NCBI GenBank assembly: GCA_026014495.1
Contig: JAOZIF010000136.1
Location: 1-64,000 of the forward strand
DNA length: 64,000 nucleotides
From: Candidatus Bathyarchaeum sp.
GTDB lineage: Archaea; Thermoproteota; Bathyarchaeia; Bathyarchaeales; Bathyarchaeaceae
Direction of reading: 5' to 3'
Positions 49,104 to 59,097 of the stretch are shown here, piece after piece. Each line of letters begins with the position of its first letter. Positions within the stretch are counted from its first letter, which is position 1. The notes under the pieces were generated by a model. That model saw nothing but the letters and a program-made list of their open reading frames with translations, had not been told where the DNA came from and did not search any database. The position numbers and the translations under genes were made by a program.

Positions 49104-49205
49104 ATGGCAACACCAATAACTAAAAAAAGTGAGTCTAAACTGGAACTAAACGAATCTAGAGCCTTCAAGCAACTTGCTGAAATCTGGTTCTTCCCAAGAA
49201 TCTAA
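49104..49205 (+). CDS. Candidate 33-aa small protein
   Basis: MATPITKKSESKLELNESRAFKQLAEIWFFPRI; AT-rich TATA-like tract at ~49051-49070, GGTGTGAG upstream, T-tract downstream. Confidence 0.4.
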   Translation: MATPITKKSESKLELNESRAFKQLAEIWFFPRI

Positions 49206-49329
49206 AACAAGCATCAACCTCTTTTTCTTTCTGTAACAACATTATGTTTAACCAGACCCCTTTTCGAGAAAAGCAGTAACCTAAAAGTATTTTATTCAAT
49301 CTCTTCCATTGTCATTTGGGTTTGTTCCA

Positions 49330-50274
49330 ATGGGAAGAGGTTCTGGTTTCGGAAAAACAATTTTGTTCGGTGAACACTTTGTTGTTCATGGCGTACCAGG
49401 TATTGCTTCAGCAGTTGACTCAGCAGCTGATGCGCACGTAAAAAAAGCCGCAAAAGGCATCAACGTAACAGATGAAAGAACAGGCGCAAAAGGTTATGCT
49501 GAAAAAAAGAAGCTGCAGCAGCTAGAGTCAATTGAAAGAATGCTAACAGCAATGAACATGGACCCACAAAAGACTTCAATGGATATTTGGTTGGGTGGAA
49601 ACCTTCCTGGATTTAGTGGACTTGGAGCTTCTGCGGCAAGCAGTGTCGCGATTGCCAGAGCCATAGCAGAAGAATATGAGTTGGTTTTGTCGGACGAACA
49701 AATTAATGACATTGCCTATGAAGCAGAAAAGGCGTATGCAGGAAATCCGTCAGGTATAGATAACACCGCAGCAACCTTTGGTGGTTTGATTTGGTTTAAG
49801 AAAAACTTGAACAAAGGCTCAAATGAAATAGAGCAACTAAGCATACGTGAGCCAGTTGAGATTGTGATTGGTAACACTGGAATTGTTGCTAACACTAAGG
49901 CAATGGTTGCAGGGGTCGCACAAAGAAAGGAACAAAACCCCGAAGAATATGCTGCAATCTTTAGGTATGCAGAAGAGTTAGCCAATAAAGGAAGAAAGGC
50001 GCTGGATGAGTTTGACCTAAAGCAGGTTGGCAACCTTATGAATGAAAGCCATCAGTTGCTGCAGCAAATCGAGGTCTCTTGTAACGAGCTAGACTACTTG
50101 GTTGAGTTAGCCAGAAAACAGGGAGCGTTTGGAGCAAAAATGACTGGGGGCGGAGGCGGAGGCTGTATGCTAGCTTTAACTCCAGGAAAAGACCTGCAAG
50201 AAAAGGTTGCGTTAGCCATAGAAAATGAGGGCTTTGAAGTATTAAGAACAAAGATTGGCGTCAGGAAAGTGTAA
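49330..50274 (+). CDS. mvk: Mevalonate kinase
   Basis: GKTILFGEHFVVHG, GLGASAA, SGID, GAKMTGGGGGG (GHMP). Confidence 0.93.
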   Translation: MGRGSGFGKTILFGEHFVVHGVPGIASAVDSAADAHVKKAAKGINVTDERTGAKGYAEKKKLQQLESIERMLTAMNMDPQKTSMDIWLGGNLPGFSGLGASAASSVAIARAIAEEYELVLSDEQINDIAYEAEKAYAGNPSGIDNTAATFGGLIWFKKNLNKGSNEIEQLSIREPVEIVIGNTGIVANTKAMVAGVAQRKEQNPEEYAAIFRYAEELANKGRKALDEFDLKQVGNLMNESHQLLQQIEVSCNELDYLVELARKQGAFGAKMTGGGGGGCMLALTPGKDLQEKVALAIENEGFEVLRTKIGVRKV

Positions 50275-50286
50275 GAGGGAACAAAT

Positions 50287-51594
50287 TTGGGTTTTAGAGG
50301 ATTTATTGAACAGCTTGAACGTGAAGGAAAATTAACAAGAATCCAAAAAGAGGTTTCAGTCGACCTTGAGTTGGCGGGAATCGTTGAGGCACTGGGCGAA
50401 AAGCCATGCTTTTTTGAGAATGTGAAAGAGTCAGAACTGCCTGTTGTTGCAGGTTTGGTTTCTTCTAAAGAGCTTGTTGCTAAAGCATTGAACATGGACA
50501 TACAGCAGATTTTGCCTAAGCTTTCACGGGCAATAGAGACTACTGTGGTTCCAGAAGTTGTGAAAACTGGTGAATGTCAGCAAGTAGTTGAAAAAAACGT
50601 TGATTTAACCAAGCTTCCTATAATGAAGTACACCGAAAAAGACGGCGGAAAATATGTTCCATCCGCCATTTCTCTAGTAAAAGACCCTGAACTAGGAAGA
50701 AACATGTGCTTTCATCGATTAATGCTGATTGACAAAAACAAGTTTGTAGCTCGAATCGTAGAAAACAGGGGAACCGATACTGCACTGAAAAAGGCAGGGG
50801 GCGAACTTGAAATCGCTATGTGCATTGGAAACTCAACAGCTGTTCTTCTTGCCGCTTCTACATCTTTGCCCATGGGCGTTGATGAGTTGGGAATGGCGAA
50901 TGTTTTAGAAGAGACTGAATTGGTGAAATGTAAGACCATTGATATTGAGGTTCCAAGAGACTGCGAAATCGTTTTGGAGGGCAGGATAACAAAAGAGTTG
51001 GTTCCCGAAGGCCCCTTCCTTGACCTTACGGGGATTGTTGATCGTGTTAGAATGCAGCCTGTTATAGAAATCAAATGTGTAACTCACAGAAAGAACCCTA
51101 TTTATCAAACAATTCTTGCAGGACGAAACGAACACAAGGTGCTGATGGGAATGCCTAAGGAACCCACAATTTTCAACGAAGTCAATAAAGTCTGCAAATG
51201 CAACGACGTTTACATCACAACTGGTGGCTGCAGCTGGCTTCATGCAGTGGTGCAGATAACCAAACAGAACCCTGATGATGGAAAAAAGGCAATCAACGCA
51301 GCTTTTGAGGGTCACAAGTCGCTAAAGCATTGTGTTGTAGTGGATGATGATATAAACATCTATGACAGCAACGATGTTGAGTGGGCACTTGCAACACGTT
51401 TTCAGGCAGACAAAGCTGCGGTTATCTTGCCAAATCAGCCGGGGTCTTCACTTGATCCATCTGGAGATTTGACTGCGGGTAAAAAAGCTCGAACATGCAA
51501 GATGGGTTTAGATGCGACGATTCCTTTGAGTGGAACGGGTAAAGGCTTTAATAAGGAAAATTACCGAAAAGTTGACTTGAACAAGTTCTTGTGA
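50287..51594 (+). CDS. UbiD-family decarboxylase, probably anhydromevalonate phosphate decarboxylase
   Basis: RNMCFHR, EIVLEG, EGPF.D.TG, VVVDDDI....D..WA..TR; located between mvk and the aconitase-X genes. Confidence 0.88.
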   Translation: MGFRGFIEQLEREGKLTRIQKEVSVDLELAGIVEALGEKPCFFENVKESELPVVAGLVSSKELVAKALNMDIQQILPKLSRAIETTVVPEVVKTGECQQVVEKNVDLTKLPIMKYTEKDGGKYVPSAISLVKDPELGRNMCFHRLMLIDKNKFVARIVENRGTDTALKKAGGELEIAMCIGNSTAVLLAASTSLPMGVDELGMANVLEETELVKCKTIDIEVPRDCEIVLEGRITKELVPEGPFLDLTGIVDRVRMQPVIEIKCVTHRKNPIYQTILAGRNEHKVLMGMPKEPTIFNEVNKVCKCNDVYITTGGCSWLHAVVQITKQNPDDGKKAINAAFEGHKSLKHCVVVDDDINIYDSNDVEWALATRFQADKAAVILPNQPGSSLDPSGDLTAGKKARTCKMGLDATIPLSGTGKGFNKENYRKVDLNKFL

Positions 51595-51598
51595 TATT

Positions 51599-52795
51599 AT
51601 GTTTCTGACAAAAGATGAAGAGCGCATGCTAGATGGCGAAGAGGGTTACGCAGTAAAGAAGTCTATGGAGATACTGGTTGCTCTTGGGGACATTTACGGC
51701 GCCGAAAAACTCATACAAGTTGGGTCTGTGCAGGTTGCGGGCGTGTCTTATCATAATCTTGGGGATGCGGGTTTAGAGTTTCTTAACGAGTTGGCAACAG
51801 ACGGTAAGGTCAAAGTTCTTACAACCCTTAATCCTGCGGGAATGGACCTAGAAAACTGGCAGAATCTTGGCATTGACCCTGAGTTTGCGAGAAAACAGAA
51901 TCTTGTTATTGATGCTTTCAGCAAGATGGGGATAATTGTTTCGTGCACTTGTACGCCTTATCTTATTGGTAACTTACCCCGTTATGGTGAGCATGTTGCT
52001 TGGTCTGAGTCTTCGGCGGTTACTTTTGCGAATTCGGTTATTGGCGCGAAAACAAACAGGGAGGGTGGTCCTTCGGCGTTGGCGGCCGCCTTTGTGGGCA
52101 AAACGCCCTGTTATGGACTTCATTTGGATGAAAATAGAGTGCCAGATGTTCATGTGGATGTAACGGCTGATTTGTCTAAGTTTTCTGATTGGGGAGCTCT
52201 TGGTTATTGTGTTGGAACTCAGGCGCAAAGCAAAATTTCCTACATAACGGGCATAAAGGATGCTAGCGTGGATGAGTTGAAGACATTTTGTGCTTCTGTG
52301 GTGACTTTTGGTTCAAAGCCGCTGTTTTATATGAAGGATATTACTCCTGGATCCGAGAATGTTCCGCTTCCAAAAGAGAAGATCACAATCGATAAGCAGG
52401 ATATACAAGATGCTTACCAAACAATTAACGATGAAACAGAAGACATTGACTTTGTTTGTATAGGCTGTCCGCATGCATCCATCAAAGAAATATCACAAAT
52501 AGCAAGCCTGCTAAAAGGCAAGAAGATATCGCCAAACACGGAGTTCTGGGTTGCAACCTCAAGACCTGCAAAGCAGCTTGCTGACAAAAGAGGCTACAGC
52601 AAAGTAATCGAGGCTGCTGGAGGAAAGTTTGCCTGTGACACTTGCATGGCTGTGGCTCCTTTGAAGGGAAGGTTTAGAGCAATCGCTACAACCTCCGCGA
52701 AGGGATGTTATTACTCAAGGCATAACAAGATGTTGACAAAGATGGGCAGCCTTGAAGAGTGCATAGCTGCTGGGGTGAGTGGAAAATGGAAATGA
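51599..52795 (+). CDS. Aconitase X large subunit, probable phosphomevalonate dehydratase L
   Basis: QVAGVSY.NLG, TTLNP, CTCTPY, WSESSA, NREGGPSAL, IGCPHAS, DTCM.V.P, TTSAK. Confidence 0.92.
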   Translation: MFLTKDEERMLDGEEGYAVKKSMEILVALGDIYGAEKLIQVGSVQVAGVSYHNLGDAGLEFLNELATDGKVKVLTTLNPAGMDLENWQNLGIDPEFARKQNLVIDAFSKMGIIVSCTCTPYLIGNLPRYGEHVAWSESSAVTFANSVIGAKTNREGGPSALAAAFVGKTPCYGLHLDENRVPDVHVDVTADLSKFSDWGALGYCVGTQAQSKISYITGIKDASVDELKTFCASVVTFGSKPLFYMKDITPGSENVPLPKEKITIDKQDIQDAYQTINDETEDIDFVCIGCPHASIKEISQIASLLKGKKISPNTEFWVATSRPAKQLADKRGYSKVIEAAGGKFACDTCMAVAPLKGRFRAIATTSAKGCYYSRHNKMLTKMGSLEECIAAGVSGKWK

Positions 52796-53172
52796 AAGGA
52801 AGAATTATTTCCAGGGGTGTTGCTGAGGGCGAGGCGTTAACGACAACTCAGCCGATTTCGTTTTATGGCGGGGTAGACCCAGAGACCAGCGAGATACTGG
52901 AAAAGGGTCATGAGTTGCAGGGAAAACTAATCAAAGGTAAAATCTTGGTTTTCCCGACGGGAAAAGGCTCAACAGTTGGTTCGTATACTCTTTATAGGCT
53001 AAAGAAAGGTGGGGTGGCTCCTGCGGGGCTTGTGAACAGTGAATGTGAAACTGTTGTTGCTGTGGGCGCGATAATCTCTGAGATACCCTGCGTTGATAAG
53101 GTTGACATTTCAAAAATAGCGACTGGTGACATTGTTCGATTAGAGAACGGGGTTGTCACAATAAAGAAGTAA
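52786..53172 (+). CDS. Aconitase X small subunit (DUF126), probable phosphomevalonate dehydratase S
   Basis: G.A.....PISFYGGVDP.T, GKGSTVGSY, VGAIIS.IP. Confidence 0.92.
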   Translation: MEMKGRIISRGVAEGEALTTTQPISFYGGVDPETSEILEKGHELQGKLIKGKILVFPTGKGSTVGSYTLYRLKKGGVAPAGLVNSECETVVAVGAIISEIPCVDKVDISKIATGDIVRLENGVVTIKK

Positions 53173-53230
53173 ACATGTTGACAAATCTGCAAGCCAACTT
53201 GTCTACAATAAACATTGATGGTGTACCTTG

Positions 53231-54031
53231 ATGGGAGTTAAGCCAACTGTTCTAAAACTCGGCGGCTCTGTGATAACAGACAAGAATAAGCCATCTACCG
53301 CAAACGTTGATGCAATTGACCGACTGGCAGACGAGATTTCCAGCGCCAAAGTTTCGTCGCTTATTTTAGTTCATGGCGGTGGCTCTTTTGGGCATCCCAT
53401 TGCAAAAAAATATAATCTAACTGAAGGCTACGGTGACCCATCACAGGTCATCGGGTTTTCAGAAACCCATCGTGCCATGACCAAGTTGAACAATTTTGTT
53501 ATGGAGGCACTATTTAGCCATAATATTAACGCGGTAGTTGTTCAGCCATCTTCTTGTGTACTAACAACGGGAGGCAGAATCCAAAGCATGGAACAAAAGC
53601 CAATAGAAAGAATGCTTGACATGGGGCTTGTGCCTGTTCTTTTTGGAGATGCAGTTCTTGACTCTGAGAAAGGATTTGCCATACTGTCTGGAGACCAGCT
53701 TGTTTCGTCGTTGGCAATAACTTTTGGTGCATCCCGTATCATAATGGGCGGGGATGTTGATGGATTGTACACCGCAGACCCAAAAGTGAACGCTTCAGCT
53801 AAGTTGATTGAGCGTGTTACATTGGAAGAATTAAAAAACCAAAAACATGAGATAGAAGGGTCAAAGGCAATCGATGATGTGACGGGGGGTATGCTGGGAA
53901 AGATGCGTGAATTAATTCCTGCAATAGAGAAGAATATTCAAACGTTGATTGTAAATGCTACAAAGCCCTTGAGAGTTTACAAGGCGCTCAGGGAAGAAGA
54001 AGTTGTTGGGACAATTATCAAGAAAAGGTGA
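53231..54031 (+). CDS. ipk: Isopentenyl phosphate kinase
   Basis: LKLGGSVITDK, VHGGGSFGH, SGD, DVTGGM.GK; position in the isoprenoid operon. Confidence 0.93.
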   Translation: MGVKPTVLKLGGSVITDKNKPSTANVDAIDRLADEISSAKVSSLILVHGGGSFGHPIAKKYNLTEGYGDPSQVIGFSETHRAMTKLNNFVMEALFSHNINAVVVQPSSCVLTTGGRIQSMEQKPIERMLDMGLVPVLFGDAVLDSEKGFAILSGDQLVSSLAITFGASRIIMGGDVDGLYTADPKVNASAKLIERVTLEELKNQKHEIEGSKAIDDVTGGMLGKMRELIPAIEKNIQTLIVNATKPLRVYKALREEEVVGTIIKKR

Positions 54032-54034
54032 AAC

Positions 54035-55138
54035 ATGTTGGATGATATTATTGGAGAGCGGAAAGCTGACCACATAGACGTGTGTCTTAAAGAAAATGTT
54101 CAATCCCAGAAAGTGACAACGGGATTTGAGGATGTTCATCTTGTGCATAATGCTCTACCTGAGATTGAAAGAGACAAAATTGACACTTCGTTAACCGTTT
54201 TTGGTTACAAGTTTTCTGCCCCCTTTTTTGTTGGAGCAATGACAGGAGGCACAGAACAAGCAACAAAAATCAACGCTGCCATAGCCGAAGCAGTAGAATC
54301 GCTTCATCTTGGGATGGGTGTTGGAAGCCAAAGAATAGCAATTGACAACCCAAAAGTTGAGCGCTCATTTAGTATTGTTCGTGAAAAAGCGCCAACAGCT
54401 TTCGTTTTAGCTAACATTGGCGGCCCACAGCTTGTCAACAAATATGGGGTGAAAGAAGCAAAAAAAGTGGTTGACATGGTAAAAGCAGACGCTTTAGCTG
54501 TTCATTTGAACGCATTACAGGAGGCTGTTCAGCCAGAAGGAGACACAAACTACTCAAATCTTCTCCAAAAAATATGCAAACTTGCCCAAGAATTAGATGT
54601 TCCCGTGGTCGTGAAGGAAACTGGTGCAGGAATCTGTGCAGAAGATGTAGTAATGCTTGATGCAGCAGGTGTTGCAGCAATAGATGTTGCAGGCGTTGGG
54701 GGCACAAGTTGGGCAGCAGTAGAATATTACCGTGCTAAAGCGCGCAAAGATGAGGCCAGTCAAAGGTTGGGTGAAACGTTCTGGGATTGGGGCATACCCA
54801 CGGCAGTAAGTCTTGTGGAAACAGTCAAGTCCTCTCGTTTGCCTGTCATAGCTTCGGGTGGAATACGCACTGGGGTAGATGTGACAAAAGCTTTAGCTTT
54901 AGGTGCAAGCTTGGCTAGTGCGACTTATCCATTTTTAGGTCCAGCCACGAAATCTTCGGAAGATGTTAAAAAGGCGCTGGGGTATTTGGTTGCAGAAGTG
55001 AGAAATGCGATGTTTCTTGTAGGCGCAAATTCGATTGAAAAGCTGCATCAGGTTCCAGTTGTGTTAACTGGAAAAACCTCTGAGTGGTTAACGGTACGCG
55101 GTTTTCAGCCTGAAGTTTATGCGAGGAGAAAACTATGA
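54035..55138 (+). CDS. fni: Type 2 isopentenyl-diphosphate isomerase
   Basis: RKADHI, AMTGG, GVGSQR, HLN.LQE.VQPEGD, VKETG.G, GGTSWAAVE. Confidence 0.96.
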   Translation: MLDDIIGERKADHIDVCLKENVQSQKVTTGFEDVHLVHNALPEIERDKIDTSLTVFGYKFSAPFFVGAMTGGTEQATKINAAIAEAVESLHLGMGVGSQRIAIDNPKVERSFSIVREKAPTAFVLANIGGPQLVNKYGVKEAKKVVDMVKADALAVHLNALQEAVQPEGDTNYSNLLQKICKLAQELDVPVVVKETGAGICAEDVVMLDAAGVAAIDVAGVGGTSWAAVEYYRAKARKDEASQRLGETFWDWGIPTAVSLVETVKSSRLPVIASGGIRTGVDVTKALALGASLASATYPFLGPATKSSEDVKKALGYLVAEVRNAMFLVGANSIEKLHQVPVVLTGKTSEWLTVRGFQPEVYARRKL

Positions 55139-56136
55139 GCCGTTTGTCATCTCAGATAGCGGAATCAGCAAATAAAGTGAACAAATTCATTGAAACTGTT
55201 GTGGATTTGGACAGTGAACCCAAAGTTCTCTACAATGCTGCTCGTCACATAATTGATGCTGGTGGAAAACGGCTAAGACCGTTTCTTGTCTTGAAGACCT
55301 GCAAGCTGGTCGGAGGAAACGAAGAGGATGCGCTTGCAACAGCCGCATCTTTGGAGATGCTTCATACTTTCACTTTGCTTCACGACGACATAATGGACCA
55401 AGACGAAAAGCGGCGTGGAGTTCCGTCTGTTCACACTAAATGGGGAGTGCCCATTGCGATAGTGGCTGGAGACTTGTTGTTTGCCAAGGTTTACGAGGCA
55501 ATCACCAAGTATACAGATTCCAATCGTGTGAAGCCAAAGCGAATCTTGCAGGTAATGCAGGAAGTTAGCGAGGCAACCATCGTTTTGTGTGAAGGTCAGA
55601 CACGTGACATGATGTTTGAATGTAAAGAAACCGTGTCTGAGGCTGAGTACTTTAAGATGATTGAGGGAAAAACTGCGGCGCTGTTTGAAGTTTCGGCTCG
55701 GTGTGGCGGATTGTTGGGCGGCGCAACTAAAAGTCAAGTTAAGCGTCTTGGCGAGTTTGGGCATTACTCGGGCATTGCATTTCAGGTGATTGATGATGTT
55801 TTGGCTTTGACTGCAGATGAGAAAGTTCTCAAGAAGCCTGTTGGTAATGATATTCGTGAAGGAAAACGCACTTTGATGGTTGTTTATGCACTCAAGAAAG
55901 CTTCGGCACGTCAGAAAAAACAGATTCTTGAAACCCTTGGAAACAAGGATGCATCTGCTGAGCAAATAAAGGAAACTATCTCTTTGATTGATTCTTTGGG
56001 CGCAATTACTTACGCCAAAAAGCTTGCTGACCGATACATCAAAAAAGCCAAAAAGGCATTGGCAAGATTTCCTGACTGTGACGACAAAGAAGACCTAATA
56101 AACTTAGCAGACCTGATTTTTGATAGACAACATTAA
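55135..56136 (+). CDS. Polyprenyl (geranylgeranyl) diphosphate synthase
   Basis: GGKRLRP, LHDDIMD...RRG, GD.L, GQ..D, KTAALF, FQVIDD, GKRT. Confidence 0.93.
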   Translation: MSRLSSQIAESANKVNKFIETVVDLDSEPKVLYNAARHIIDAGGKRLRPFLVLKTCKLVGGNEEDALATAASLEMLHTFTLLHDDIMDQDEKRRGVPSVHTKWGVPIAIVAGDLLFAKVYEAITKYTDSNRVKPKRILQVMQEVSEATIVLCEGQTRDMMFECKETVSEAEYFKMIEGKTAALFEVSARCGGLLGGATKSQVKRLGEFGHYSGIAFQVIDDVLALTADEKVLKKPVGNDIREGKRTLMVVYALKKASARQKKQILETLGNKDASAEQIKETISLIDSLGAITYAKKLADRYIKKAKKALARFPDCDDKEDLINLADLIFDRQH

Positions 56137-56151
56137 ACAAAGTGGCGTGCC

Positions 56152-57903
56152 TTGAATCCAAAAGAAGAAAAAGAAGCAAAAGAGCTAATCAAAAAAATTG
56201 TACTTCTAAATGCTATTCGTTACGAAGGAAAAGCTACACCTAAGCCTATTTTTAGCAAACTGTTAGGTGAGTACCCCCAGTTTAGAAAAAACGTGAAAGC
56301 TGTTGCACCAATCATTAGCAAGATTGTACAAGAAATCAATGAGTTGCCTCTAGGGCGGCAAAAAGAAATTGTAGCCAAAAATTGGCCTGAAGCGTTAGTT
56401 GAAGAAAAAGTTGAAGAAATAAAGCAGCTTCCGCCGTTGCCAAACGCCAAAAAGTATGACAAGGTTGTTACGCGCTTTTCTCCAAACCCTGACTTTGTTT
56501 TGCACCTTGGTTCTGCTAGGGCAATTTTGCTCAGTTACGATTACGCGAAAATGTATAACGGCAGTTTTATTCTTCGTTTTGAGGACACGGACTCTAAGAC
56601 TAAGAAGCCAAAGTTGGAGTTCTATGATGCTGTTCGTGAGGATTTGGATTGGTTAGGTTGCAAGTGGGATTCTGAGTTTATTCAAAGTGATAGGCTTCCG
56701 ATTTATTATGAGCATGCTGAAGAGTTGATTAAAGCAGGTAACGCCTACGTTTGTGTTTGTGAGCGGGAGGTTTTTCAGGAAAAATCGAGGGCTGGCAAAG
56801 CGTGTCCCTGTAGAGTGTTATCTGTAGACGAAAATTTGGTTCGTTGGAATCAGATGTTAAATGGAGTGTATGCTGATGGGGAGGCTGTTGTTCGGGTTAA
56901 AACGGATTTGAGTCATCCTAACCCTGCTGTTCGGGACTGGCCCGCTTTGAGGATTGTTGATACAAAAAAGTTTCCTCATCCCCGAGTTGGCAGCAAATAC
57001 CGTGTTTGGCCACTCTACAACTTTTCTACAGGCGTTGATGACCATCTGATGGGTATCACGCACATTATACGGGGAAAAGAGCATCTTACCAATCAGGCTA
57101 GGCAAGAATACATGTACAAGCATTTTGGATGGACATATCCTGAAACAATTCACTATGGTAGGCTAAAGATAACCGGGGCATCCCTTAGCAAATCAGAAAT
57201 CGTGAAGGGCATGGACAGTGGCTTATACAAAAGCTGGGATGACCCGCGGTTGGCTACTCTTGCGGCGCTGAGAAGGCGTGGAATAACCGCAGAGGCGATT
57301 CACAGTTTAATTGTTGATGTTGGTCCTAAGCCGCAGGATGTGGTTTTAGCTTGGAAAAACCTGTATGCACATAACCGAAAGCAAATTGACCCTACGGCTA
57401 AGCGTTACTTCTTTGTGCAAAACCCCGTGAAACTGGTTGTAGATGCTGTTCCACACGATTTTATGGTTCAAGCTCCGTTTCATCCTGACTGTCCTGAAAT
57501 GGGTGTTCGCAGATTTGAGGTTAAGCCCAAGAACGGGGAAGCAGTATTGCTGATTTCCAGTGATGATGTAGAGACAGTGAAAGGGAAGAGTGCTGTGCGT
57601 TTGATGGATTTGTTTAACTTCAAAGTGAAAACAATCAAAGATGATGTGGTTCGGGCTGATTTTCTGGGCGAGTCTTACGAAGAGGCTAAACAGCTTGGTG
57701 CACCTTTGATTCACTGGGTTCCCGCTGATAGTGGTGTTGCATGTGAAGTTGTGATGCCTGACGCTTCCGTGGCTAAAGGCGTTGCAGAGGATGCCTGCAG
57801 GGCTTTGACTGTAAATGAGATTGTTCAGTTCCAGCGTTTTGGTTTTGCCCGAGTAGACCATGTTGATAACAAGAAGTTGACGGCATATTTTGCGCATCGT
57901 TAG
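56152..57903 (+). CDS. gltX: Glutamyl-tRNA synthetase (archaeal type)
   Basis: RFSPNPDFVLHLGSAR, RFEDTD, THIIRGKEH, LSKS, WDDPRL.T...LRRRG, QFQRFGF.R.D. Confidence 0.96.
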   Translation: MNPKEEKEAKELIKKIVLLNAIRYEGKATPKPIFSKLLGEYPQFRKNVKAVAPIISKIVQEINELPLGRQKEIVAKNWPEALVEEKVEEIKQLPPLPNAKKYDKVVTRFSPNPDFVLHLGSARAILLSYDYAKMYNGSFILRFEDTDSKTKKPKLEFYDAVREDLDWLGCKWDSEFIQSDRLPIYYEHAEELIKAGNAYVCVCEREVFQEKSRAGKACPCRVLSVDENLVRWNQMLNGVYADGEAVVRVKTDLSHPNPAVRDWPALRIVDTKKFPHPRVGSKYRVWPLYNFSTGVDDHLMGITHIIRGKEHLTNQARQEYMYKHFGWTYPETIHYGRLKITGASLSKSEIVKGMDSGLYKSWDDPRLATLAALRRRGITAEAIHSLIVDVGPKPQDVVLAWKNLYAHNRKQIDPTAKRYFFVQNPVKLVVDAVPHDFMVQAPFHPDCPEMGVRRFEVKPKNGEAVLLISSDDVETVKGKSAVRLMDLFNFKVKTIKDDVVRADFLGESYEEAKQLGAPLIHWVPADSGVACEVVMPDASVAKGVAEDACRALTVNEIVQFQRFGFARVDHVDNKKLTAYFAHR

Positions 57904-57960
57904 CTTGTTGGCGGAACTTTTTATTACACTTAATTGAGTTATTTCTTGAGGGGTCAACGG

Positions 57961-58998
57961 GTGTCAAAGCTTGTTGCTAAGTGTGGAATAGATTGTGGTG
58001 CGTGTCCTTGGGGGCCTTATCCTAGAAAGGGCATGTCTGCACAAGATTTTGAAGCGTATAAACGCGATGCTAAACGTGTTTTGGGTCATGTGCCAATCAA
58101 GACGCCGTGTGTGACGTGTCAAATTCCAGACGATAAGATTCCTAAAACATCAAAGTTACCTAACAAAAGGTGCTTGATACGGCAGTGTGTAGACAAGGCT
58201 GGAGTTGAGAACTGTGGTTATTGTTCTCGCTTTCCATGTGACACAGTTACAGAGACGGCTGGGGCTTGGAACCGTGAGAGTATCGAGGTTAAGCTTGGTG
58301 CATCCCTTTCTGAAGAGGCTTATCACTCGTTTGTTGAACCTTTTGAGGGGCTGGCTCGTTTAGAGGCTATTCGTGATTCGTTAAAGCCAGATAAGATTGT
58401 AGACCCTGCGAAAGTTTGTGTGCCTAAGATAAGGCTAGCTGATTTTCCAAAGAATTTACCTTTTAGCAAGGACGAGGTGTCTTCTTTCAAAGCGGTTTAT
58501 AATTTGCTTGCAAACATAGAGCGTTCTTCGTTTGGGTTAAAGGATACTGACACGTTTGCTCAGCAGCACAAACTGAAAAAACAAAGAGCACACGTTTTGA
58601 GGTTTTTGTGGCTGCTTGGAGCTTACGGCGAATTTGAGAATGGAGATACTTCACGGCTTGTTGTTGATGCTGAGACGTATCTTTTTAACCGTGGTAGCGA
58701 GAAGAGTTTAGCGATTTGGTCTTTTGTTGATGGTGTTATTTTCAAGCTTTTATCTGGGTTTGGAGTTTGTTGTGAACGTCTTGTGTTAGATGGATTACTG
58801 AAGGAAGAACTGACCACGGGTACGGGTTATCTTCGAAAAAAGGGGTGGGTAATGAGTATGTCGTTTGACGCGAAAATCGGCGGTAAGAATGCTCTTGAAG
58901 CGTTGCAAGTTTACATTAAGAAACTAGCCAAAGAATATGGCAAAAGAGCTTTTCAGCGTTTTTGCGTAGCAGACATGCATGTTTTATCTGCAGCCTGA
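57961..58998 (+). CDS. DUF3795 Cys-rich domain protein with long C-terminal extension
   Basis: KCGIDCGACP...CVTC...CLIRQC.......CGYCSRFPC; GTG start behind GAGGGG. Confidence 0.75.
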   Translation: MSKLVAKCGIDCGACPWGPYPRKGMSAQDFEAYKRDAKRVLGHVPIKTPCVTCQIPDDKIPKTSKLPNKRCLIRQCVDKAGVENCGYCSRFPCDTVTETAGAWNRESIEVKLGASLSEEAYHSFVEPFEGLARLEAIRDSLKPDKIVDPAKVCVPKIRLADFPKNLPFSKDEVSSFKAVYNLLANIERSSFGLKDTDTFAQQHKLKKQRAHVLRFLWLLGAYGEFENGDTSRLVVDAETYLFNRGSEKSLAIWSFVDGVIFKLLSGFGVCCERLVLDGLLKEELTTGTGYLRKKGWVMSMSFDAKIGGKNALEALQVYIKKLAKEYGKRAFQRFCVADMHVLSAA

Positions 58999-59036
58999 AT
59001 TGTGAAAAGAAGTTAATGAGAGCTTAGCGTTAATTG

Positions 59037-59090
59037 TTTTCTGAAAAAAGGTTGTTTTCAACAATGTACCTCTATTAGACTACAAATATG
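59037..59090 (+). repeat. Dispersed palindromic repeat, copy 6
   Basis: First 42 bp identical to copy 3; lies between two convergent gene ends. Confidence 0.9.
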
Positions 59091-59097
59091 TGTGGTT

